DNA of 64,000 nt, from IMG/VR virus record IMGVR_UViG_3300044616_001452. One strand, given 5' to 3'. Made by a program: the position numbers and the translations under genes. How positions within the stretch are numbered: position 1 is the first letter of the stretch; every line of letters begins with the position of its first letter. The DNA comes from a virus. Shown piece by piece: positions 48,684 through 54,729 of the stretch. Below the pieces are notes generated by a model that had not been told where the DNA came from, did no database searches, and was given only the letters and a program-made list of their open reading frames with translations.

Positions 48684-48779
48684 TATTGAAGCATTCTAAA
48701 CTGGACGCAGGATCGGGGAAAGTCAAAAGCGGGTTGATCACCACAAGTAGACTGGAGATCAAGAGTGCTTTAATATGGT
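48680..48779 (+). ncRNA. Candidate ncRNA closed by an 18-bp stalk (copy 2)
   Basis: ACCATATTGAAGCATTCT pairs with AGAGTGCTTTAATATGGT. Confidence 0.6.
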
Positions 48780-48851
48780 TCCATAGTATATCGGCGAGTA
48801 TAGCGCCCTGTCACGGCGCAGGAACGGGTTCGAATCCCGTTGGGACCGCCA
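48777..48851 (+). tRNA. tRNA-Asp(GUC)
   Basis: GCGCC-CTGTCAC-GGCGC, G73, CCA. Confidence 0.93.
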
Positions 48852-48853
48852 AT

Positions 48854-48927
48854 ACCTGATTAGCTCAAAGGTAGAGCACCCGGCTGATAACCGGAAGACA
48901 CTGGATCGTTACCAGTATCAGGTACCA
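48854..48927 (+). tRNA. tRNA-Ile(GAU)
   Basis: ACCTGAT/ATCAGGT, loop CTGATAA; atypical T-loop ATCGTTA; CCA. Confidence 0.88.
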
Positions 48928-48933
48928 GATTTA

Positions 48934-48982
48934 GTTGTTTATATACAACAGTATTGCCAAGTTCGATATATAGTTATATAAT
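48934..48982 (+). promoter_or_regulatory. tRNA-array promoter 3 with GTTG-N8-CAAC box
   Basis: GTTG-TTTATATA-CAAC (48934-48949); TTGCCA-17-TATAAT (48954-48982). Confidence 0.8.
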
Positions 48983-49051
48983 GTTTTTCAAGTCGGGAGA
49001 CTTTAAGAAGTACGCCGTTTCCTTCGGGTAACCCTGTATACGGTAAGCAGG

Positions 49052-49250
49052 ATTTTTATTGTTGTCGTTTTGGAAAATACCTGTGAACGCAGGTTAGTGA
49101 ATCTGTCAATGTGTGGTTAATTCGAATAGACCACGTATACAGTTGTTATCAAGTGAAGACCTTTTGGACGCATTAGGAATAAGCTTGGTCGTTAAAATCA
49201 AACGCCAGTACGGTGAAGGCTGGCTATAACGAAACGACAACAATAAAAAT
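49052..49250 (+). ncRNA. Candidate ~200-nt structured ncRNA closed by a perfect 19-bp stem
   Basis: ATTTTTATTGTTGTCGTTT (49052-49070) / AAACGACAACAATAAAAAT (49232-49250) with internal hairpins. Confidence 0.65.
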
Positions 49251-49251
49251 T

Positions 49252-49326
49252 GGGCTGCTAGTGATAATGGGAGCACGCCGCCTTTGCACGGCGGAGGTTG
49301 GAGTTCGATCCTCCAGCGGTCCACCA
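49252..49326 (+). tRNA. tRNA-Ala(UGC)
   Basis: G3-U70 pair, loop TTTGCAC, CCA. Confidence 0.93.
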
Positions 49327-49332
49327 AGTTTC

Positions 49333-49406
49333 GCCCCTATAGTTAAATGGTATAACAGTTGACTTGTAATCATCAATTTCCAGTTCGATTCCGGGTGGGG
49401 GCACCA
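49333..49406 (+). tRNA. tRNA-Thr(UGU)
   Basis: GCCCCTA/TGGGGGC, loop CTTGTAA, CCA. Confidence 0.9.
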
Positions 49407-49414
49407 ATTTTAAG

Positions 49415-49492
49415 CCGAGTGTAGGATAGTCCGGTCATTCCGCCTGCTTTGGGAGCAGGAAATCGTGTGTTCGAATCACACCACTCGGACCA
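49415..49492 (+). tRNA. tRNA-Pro(UGG)
   Basis: CCGAGTG/CACTCGG, loop TTTGGGA, CCA. Confidence 0.93.
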
Positions 49493-49498
49493 GTTTAT

Positions 49499-49574
49499 TC
49501 CGGAGTAGCACAGAGGTAGTTGCGTCTGACTGTTAATCAGAATGTCGTTGGTTCGATCCCAGCCTCCGGAGCCA
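49499..49574 (+). tRNA. tRNA-Asn(GUU)
   Basis: TCCGGAG/CTCCGGA, loop CTGTTAA, CCA. Confidence 0.93.
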
Positions 49575-49580
49575 GTTGAA

Positions 49581-49655
49581 GGTAATGTAGCATAACGGTA
49601 GTGCGCCTCCTTCATACGGAGAAAAGTGTTGGTTCAACTCCAACCATTACCACCA
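49581..49655 (+). tRNA. tRNA(CAU), probably elongator Met
   Basis: GGTAATG/CATTACC, loop TTCATAC, CCA. Confidence 0.85.
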
Positions 49656-49667
49656 AAGGAGATTATT

Positions 49668-50555
49668 ATGTTGTTGGATGAAATTATTTCTGTTCCATAT
49701 ACTACTCATCCTAAGATGACGAAAAATAAAGGCAACATTTTCAACAAAACTCCAAATTTAGATTATATTCGTTCTAAAGAAAAAGAGTTAAAACAATTTG
49801 CTCCTGATTTGTGTGCCGAGACATTTGAAAATATCTCAAAGCAACTTGTTCGAAAAAGTTCAATCTACTGTGGTGTACCACAAACAGATTCAATGATTGA
49901 ATTTGCAATGAATTTTGAAGAAGATGTTGCAATTATGCATAACGGAAAATTATCAGGAATTTGTTTCTGTTTTCCAAGCAGTTGGATTCCTAAAAAACGC
50001 ATAGGTATGTCTCTAGAAGATATTCATTCACAAGTTGCGGATAATGAAAGACTTATAAAAATGAGCGCAAAAATTGCAAGCACAATGGCTGATCCTGTTT
50101 TAGGTTCTTTTCGAAGATATGTATGGACGATTACAAATAATCCTGAATTGAGTAATCATCCAAAAAGAAAAAGTATGATTGTTCCTAAAAGTTTAGATGA
50201 TTTGTATTTTAGACTTGAAACTCAAACAACTGCACCTATAGGTGACTGTGTGACAAGTTTGTTCTTTGTTAAAGTTCAAGTAATTCCTCTTAGTCATGTC
50301 TGGGGAAGTTACGGTAAACTAATTACTAACAGTGTAAATTCTATGAGTGATGCAATCTTGGAATACAAAAATCTAAAGCATATTAAAACGGTCCTTAGTT
50401 CAATGGATCAGAACACCGGGCTACGAACCCGTGAGGTTGGGAGTTCGAATCTCTCAGGACCGGCCAACCATAATTTGAAAGATGAGTATTATGATATTCT
50501 TACAACTGAAGATTGTTTAGTTAAAGATTCTCCCAGTGGTGTAAAGGCAACATAA
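49668..50555 (+). CDS. DUF3445 / heme-dependent oxidative N-demethylase alpha-subunit-like protein; frame runs through tRNA-Arg(ACG) into tRNA-Trp
   Basis: EEDVAIM, CFCFPSSW.P..RIG..L..IH..V, R..WTI, YFRLETQT motifs; AGGAG RBS before ATG 49668. Confidence 0.7.
   Translation: MLLDEIISVPYTTHPKMTKNKGNIFNKTPNLDYIRSKEKELKQFAPDLCAETFENISKQLVRKSSIYCGVPQTDSMIEFAMNFEEDVAIMHNGKLSGICFCFPSSWIPKKRIGMSLEDIHSQVADNERLIKMSAKIASTMADPVLGSFRRYVWTITNNPELSNHPKRKSMIVPKSLDDLYFRLETQTTAPIGDCVTSLFFVKVQVIPLSHVWGSYGKLITNSVNSMSDAILEYKNLKHIKTVLSSMDQNTGLRTREVGSSNLSGPANHNLKDEYYDILTTEDCLVKDSPSGVKAT
50389..50466 (+). tRNA. tRNA-Arg(ACG)
   Basis: CGGTCCT/AGGACCG, loop CTACGAA, CCA. Confidence 0.9.
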
Positions 50556-50603
50556 GAGTCTCCAAAACTTTTGATTGCGGTTCGAATCCGTACTGGGAGG
50601 CCA
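50530..50603 (+). tRNA. tRNA-Trp(CCA)
   Basis: CTCCCAG/CTGGGAG, loop CTCCAAA, G73, CCA. Confidence 0.9.
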
Positions 50604-50621
50604 TTTTATCAGAGGTGGATT

Positions 50622-51092
50622 ATGTACAACAAAAAAATTAATCTAGAAGAAGTTAAATCGTTTATTGAAAGCTGTGGTCCCAATACCAAAGTTTATCTTG
50701 GTTGTGACTCGGAAAAAGTTAAAATGAATGGTGTTTGGCATGCTGATTATATTATAGCCATTGTTGTGCATATGAATAGCAAAAATGGTTGTAAAATTTT
50801 CGGGCAAATCACTCGTGAACGTGACTATGATCAAGCTCGCAATAAGCCACGTATGCGTCTGATGAATGAAGTTTATAAAGTTGCAGAAATGTATCTGAAT
50901 CTTGCGGCAATCATTGATGTGGATATTGAAGTACATCTTGACATTAACCCAAATGAAGAGTATAATTCAAATATCGTAATTAATGAAGCAATTGGCTATA
51001 TAAAAGGCATGTGTAATGTTGTTCCTCTTGTAAAACCAAATGCTTTTGCTGCGTCTTATGCAGCAGATAGATTGAAGAGTCTTGCAGCATAG
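50622..51092 (+). CDS. RNase H-like protein, YkuK/DUF458 family
   Basis: VYLGCDS, RLMNEV, EVHLDIN, VKP.AFAASYAAD; ATG 50622 after GAGG. Confidence 0.8.
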   Translation: MYNKKINLEEVKSFIESCGPNTKVYLGCDSEKVKMNGVWHADYIIAIVVHMNSKNGCKIFGQITRERDYDQARNKPRMRLMNEVYKVAEMYLNLAAIIDVDIEVHLDINPNEEYNSNIVINEAIGYIKGMCNVVPLVKPNAFAASYAADRLKSLAA

Positions 51093-51098
51093 AATATA

Positions 51099-51173
51099 GC
51101 GGGTATGATGTTAACGGTAGCATGACAGCCTTCCAAGCTGATCGAATCGGTTCGAATCCGATTACCCGCTCCA
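51099..51173 (+). tRNA. tRNA-Gly(UCC)
   Basis: GCGGGTA/TACCCGC, loop CTTCCAA, U73, CCA. Confidence 0.93.
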
Positions 51174-51179
51174 AAATTT

Positions 51180-51256
51180 GCGGCTATGGTGTTTAACGGT
51201 TAGCACGAGACCTTGCCAAGGTTTAGGTTCCAGTTCGAATCTGGATAGCCGCTCCA
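51180..51256 (+). tRNA. tRNA-Gly(GCC)
   Basis: GCGGCTA/TAGCCGC, loop TTGCCAA, CCA. Confidence 0.93.
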
Positions 51257-51262
51257 ATCAAT

Positions 51263-51337
51263 GGTGTCTATGGTGTAGTGGAAGCATTACTCTCTGTGAA
51301 AGAGTAGGTACGAGGTCGGTACTCGTTAGACACCCCA
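51263..51337 (+). tRNA. tRNA-His(GUG) with encoded G-1
   Basis: G-1:C73, loop CTGTGAA; atypical T-loop GTCGGTA. Confidence 0.9.
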
Positions 51338-51338
51338 G

Positions 51339-51412
51339 GCTTCGTTAGTTTAATGGTAGAACACCGCCCTTACAAGACGGTTACGGCAGTTCGATTCTGT
51401 CACGAAGCACCA
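51339..51412 (+). tRNA. tRNA-Val(UAC)
   Basis: GCTTCGT/ACGAAGC, loop CTTACAA, CCA. Confidence 0.9.
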
Positions 51413-51416
51413 ATTT

Positions 51417-51492
51417 GCCGCTTTAGCTGATGTGGTCATAGCAACGGTCTGAAGAGCCGTGGAATCTGGTTCGATTCCAGAAGGCGGTACCA
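51417..51492 (+). tRNA. tRNA-Phe(GAA)
   Basis: Loop CTGAAGA (G37), CCA. Confidence 0.9.
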
Positions 51493-51493
51493 T

Positions 51494-51522
51494 TTGACAA
51501 GTTACATTTAATTTGATATAAT
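51494..51522 (+). promoter_or_regulatory. Perfect-consensus sigma70 promoter (tRNA promoter 4)
   Basis: TTGACA-17 nt-TATAAT. Confidence 0.85.
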
Positions 51523-51532
51523 GTTTTATAAT

Positions 51533-51620
51533 GCGGATGTGGCGAAATTGGTGAAACGCAGCAGACTTAAAATCTGCCACATTAGAAACACTGCGGGTTC
51601 GAATCCCGCCATCCGCACCA
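51533..51620 (+). tRNA. tRNA-Leu(UAA)
   Basis: GCGGATG/CATCCGC, loop CTTAAAA, V-arm, CCA. Confidence 0.93.
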
Positions 51621-51628
51621 AGTTTAAA

Positions 51629-51707
51629 GGGCCTCTAGCTCATGCATGGTTAGAGCAGCGAACTCATAATTCGTTGGTGCGGGGTTCGACTCCCCGGGGG
51701 CCCACCA
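51629..51707 (+). tRNA. tRNA(CAU), probably Ile2 (lysidine-type)
   Basis: GGGCCTC acceptor typical of Ile2, loop CTCATAA, CCA. Confidence 0.8.
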
Positions 51708-51715
51708 GATTCAAT

Positions 51716-51789
51716 CGCGGGTTAGAGAAACGGTATCTCAGAAGCCTCATAAGCTTCAGTTGTTGGTTCGACTCCAGCACCCGCTACCA
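51716..51789 (+). tRNA. tRNA(CAU), initiator fMet-like
   Basis: CGCGGG 5' end, C1-U72 mismatch, loop CTCATAA, CCA. Confidence 0.85.
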
Positions 51790-52302
51790 CTTTCCTGCTT
51801 CTCTACCAAAATCAAAAAACCATACACAAAATCGTATTGCAACTGTTAATGTAATAATAAGAATTATTCCCCAAAAAGTATTTTCAATAAATCTCTTTCT
51901 TCGAATTGCTTGATCACGAATCATTCTTTCTCTTTTTTCACGTATGTCTCTTCTTAAATGAAGAAACTGACTGTAACCTTCTGCACCAAGATGTTGAAGT
52001 TCCCCATAGTAAAACATATGATATATCTCTGCTTCCATTTCACGGAGTTTTTGTTGTGCAATGATAATATCAAATGCTTCGGCTGTTTCGCTTTGCCCAA
52101 ATCCTATCTTTTCAAATAAACCTAATTTTCTCTCACCCGAATCATTTTTACTATTGTTTATAAGTTGTTGTAATTGCCCAGCAGCATCAGCCCATTTTGA
52201 AAGCTGTCGATAAACACCTTCAATTTCTTGCCCAACTTTAACCGCAGCCTTTAAGCCATTAAAGGCGGCTGTCACTGTTCCCATTAGAGTTATTGGATCC
52301 AT
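51784..52302 (-). CDS. Hypothetical helical protein with C-terminal transmembrane segment
   Basis: MDPITL..V.AAF..LK N-terminus, coiled-coil, C-terminal hydrophobic helix. Confidence 0.65.
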   Translation of the reverse strand: MDPITLMGTVTAAFNGLKAAVKVGQEIEGVYRQLSKWADAAGQLQQLINNSKNDSGERKLGLFEKIGFGQSETAEAFDIIIAQQKLREMEAEIYHMFYYGELQHLGAEGYSQFLHLRRDIREKRERMIRDQAIRRKRFIENTFWGIILIITLTVAIRFCVWFFDFGREAGKW

Positions 52303-53306
52303 CAGTTTACCTTTACAAGGTTATTCCTAAAAATACGCCATGCATTCTCCCAACTCCATTCTTTACTCTTTTCAAGTACAACATCTCGGTTTAAATTTAA
52401 ACAATCATCCACTGCGATTGAAAGATTGTCGTTCATATATCCAGTTAGTCCTTGTGATACTATGTCTTTAGGTCCTCTACATGGATATGCCGCTATAGGT
52501 GTTCCGCATGCCATAGCCTCAATCATGACGATACCAAATGTTTCCCATTTGCTCGGAAAAACAAATACATCAGCATTAGCATAATAATATGCTAAGTCTA
52601 AACCCGTTTTAAAGCCAACGAATTCAACGTCTGGATAATTCTTTTCATATACATCTCGCATAGGTCCATCACCCACCATAATCTTGTGAGAATTCGGATA
52701 ATCGATATTAAAGAAATCTTCTAGATTTTTTTCTTTACTAACTCTACTCACACATACAAGCAATTTTTTATCATCAGACTTGTTGCGCTGACTAGGATTA
52801 AATATTGCCCTATCAACTCCTCTTGTCCATGAAATTAGCTCACCATCAAACCCATTTTCGCGTAGATGCTTTACCATCGTATCTGTAGTAGTTAATACTT
52901 TTCCCGAATGCTTGTGAAACCAACGTATTAAAGGCCAAGTAAGGGCTTCAGGAATTCCAAAAAGTTTTCTAAGTCCTTCCGGAAAATTAGTGTGATAAGC
53001 AGTATTGTACCGATAACCGCGTTTGTCAAGATATTGTCGAGCACACAAACCAAGAGGACCCTCGGTGGCGATATGGATATGATCCGGAGATATCTCCTCA
53101 ATCTTCTCGCCGATTTTCCTGGGATAGGCAATCTTGACTTCGTTGTAGCCAGGGCAATCAATGTAGTTGAACCACCCGGGATTAAGATATACAAAACGAT
53201 AACCGTCCAAAAGCGCACAAGCCTCGATATTTTTGTAGGTTGTGACCACTCCATTTATTTGATCCTGCAAGTTGTCTGTAATAATTAGTACAATTTTTTC
53301 AGACAT
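52302..53306 (-). CDS. GT4-family glycosyltransferase (Agt/MgtA-like diacylglycerol glycosyltransferase)
   Basis: QINGVVTT, HIATEGPLG, YHTNFPE, VSRVSKEKNL, ETFGIVMIEAMACGTP. Confidence 0.88.
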   Translation of the reverse strand: MSEKIVLIITDNLQDQINGVVTTYKNIEACALLDGYRFVYLNPGWFNYIDCPGYNEVKIAYPRKIGEKIEEISPDHIHIATEGPLGLCARQYLDKRGYRYNTAYHTNFPEGLRKLFGIPEALTWPLIRWFHKHSGKVLTTTDTMVKHLRENGFDGELISWTRGVDRAIFNPSQRNKSDDKKLLVCVSRVSKEKNLEDFFNIDYPNSHKIMVGDGPMRDVYEKNYPDVEFVGFKTGLDLAYYYANADVFVFPSKWETFGIVMIEAMACGTPIAAYPCRGPKDIVSQGLTGYMNDNLSIAVDDCLNLNRDVVLEKSKEWSWENAWRIFRNNLVKVN

Positions 53307-54063
53307 TCTCCACTTCCTCTTCTATTTCTTTCAACCATGTTACTATTTCCCATCTGCCGTCATAGTGTTCAACTAATGCTGTACAACTTTCTACCCAATC
53401 ACCGTCATTCATATAAACTACGCCGTTAATGGTTTTTATCTCAGCCAAATGAATGTGCCCACATATGACGCCATCAAATTTTCTTTTCTTACAATATTCT
53501 GAAAGCGTATTTTCAAACTTAAAAATAAAGTCTACTGCTCTTTTCACCTTCACTTTAAGAAATTTTGATAAACTCCAGTAGCCGAATCCTAACCTTCTTC
53601 TAAACCAATTAAACTTAGTGTTGAAAGATAATATTGCATCATATGCTGAATCACCTAAGAACGATATCCATTTATGCAATCGTACAACGCCATCGAAAAA
53701 ATCTCCGTGAGTAACAAGATATCTTTTACCGTCTATACCTAAGTGAGTACACTGATTTACGACTTCAATATTACCGAAGTTTGTATTATAGGGTATCAAC
53801 AATCTTAGAAACTCATCATGATTACCCGCTACGTAAGTTACTTTGGTGCCGCTTTTTGCGAATCCCAGAATTTTTCTTATGACTCTCGTATGTGATTCTT
53901 TCCATTTTAATTTATTTTTCTTAACTTTCCATCCATCGATAATGTCACCAACAAGATATAATTCATCACATTGATTGTGAGTTAAAAAATTTAATAAAAG
54001 ATTTGCTTTGCAATCTTTTGTTCCAAGATGAACATCGCTGATGAATATTGATTTGTATTTCAT
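53299..54063 (-). CDS. PlcP/LpxH-like metallophosphoesterase (phospholipase C-type)
   Basis: ISDVHLGT, LVGDIIDGW, GNHDEFLR, HGD.FD, YWSLS..LK.KVK.AV, CGHIH, NDGDWVESCTALVEH.DG. Confidence 0.85.
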   Translation of the reverse strand: MKYKSIFISDVHLGTKDCKANLLLNFLTHNQCDELYLVGDIIDGWKVKKNKLKWKESHTRVIRKILGFAKSGTKVTYVAGNHDEFLRLLIPYNTNFGNIEVVNQCTHLGIDGKRYLVTHGDFFDGVVRLHKWISFLGDSAYDAILSFNTKFNWFRRRLGFGYWSLSKFLKVKVKRAVDFIFKFENTLSEYCKKRKFDGVICGHIHLAEIKTINGVVYMNDGDWVESCTALVEHYDGRWEIVTWLKEIEEEVENV

Positions 54064-54729
54064 TTAATTTGCCAGAGGATTATCCAATGCTTTCTTAATC
54101 TTATCATCCACTTCACGGCGAATAGTTCTAAGTTCAGCATTTGTTTCACGCTCAATACGATTGACACGCTCATTAACATTTTGTACGGTAGAGTCAACTT
54201 GCTTTTGCATCTCTCTTACTTGTGAATCAGCACTGCGGCGAATCTCTTTTATTTCTGCTTCAGTACCAAGTCTAATTTCTTTTATTTCACTGTCAATCTG
54301 TCTTCTAATTTGGTTTATATCTTTTTCAACTTCACGTTGAGCAACTTTCGATCCGCGTTCAACACCTTCCAGTACAGTCTCAGTTCTACGAATATCACCT
54401 TTTAAATTTTGATTAATATCGCGGGTATATCCGACAACTTTTTCGCTGTTCTCTTCTAATTTAATAATACGTGCTTCATACTCACTGAAGTCGGGAGCAA
54501 CATAATTTGCAATTTTCTTCTTCATGCCCTCATAATCTTTATACGCTTCGAATACACCGTACATACCACCAATCACAGATGAAACAATACCAAAAGCAAT
54601 CATAAGTTTTGCAGGTGTAAAACTATAACCACCAATACTGATAACAGTATCTTTACTAGCATACTTCTTCATTGCATCTTGAAGTTCATCGACTTTTTTA
54701 TCAACGTTTTTATCTTCTGTACTGCTCAT
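54064..54729 (-). CDS. Membrane-anchored coiled-coil protein
   Basis: One TM helix (LMIAFGIVSSVIGGMYGVF) then 11-residue-periodic coiled coil; ends ALDNPLAN. Confidence 0.65.
   Translation of the reverse strand: MSSTEDKNVDKKVDELQDAMKKYASKDTVISIGGYSFTPAKLMIAFGIVSSVIGGMYGVFEAYKDYEGMKKKIANYVAPDFSEYEARIIKLEENSEKVVGYTRDINQNLKGDIRRTETVLEGVERGSKVAQREVEKDINQIRRQIDSEIKEIRLGTEAEIKEIRRSADSQVREMQKQVDSTVQNVNERVNRIERETNAELRTIRREVDDKIKKALDNPLAN

Noticed and set aside
48141-48779. Possible mini-CRISPR array from the repeated ACCATATTGAAGCA
   Set aside because: Only two copies 540 nt apart, separated by tRNAs, each with its own inverted partner; no cas genes in the window
49052-49250. 6S RNA, tmRNA or RNase P identity for the 200-nt RNA
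   Set aside because: Interior looks multibranched rather than a 6S-like rod; no tRNA-like ends or tag ORF; no RNase P P4 consensus recognised
47490-51789. tRNA-associated HDV-like (theta) ribozymes
   Set aside because: All tRNAs encode CCA and I could not fit a nested double pseudoknot directly 3' of any of them by eye; a motif search would be needed to exclude it fully
47510-51913. Short ORFs on both strands across the tRNA array (other than 49668 and 50622)
   Set aside because: They overlap clear tRNA cloverleafs; GC-rich RNA genes simply lack stops
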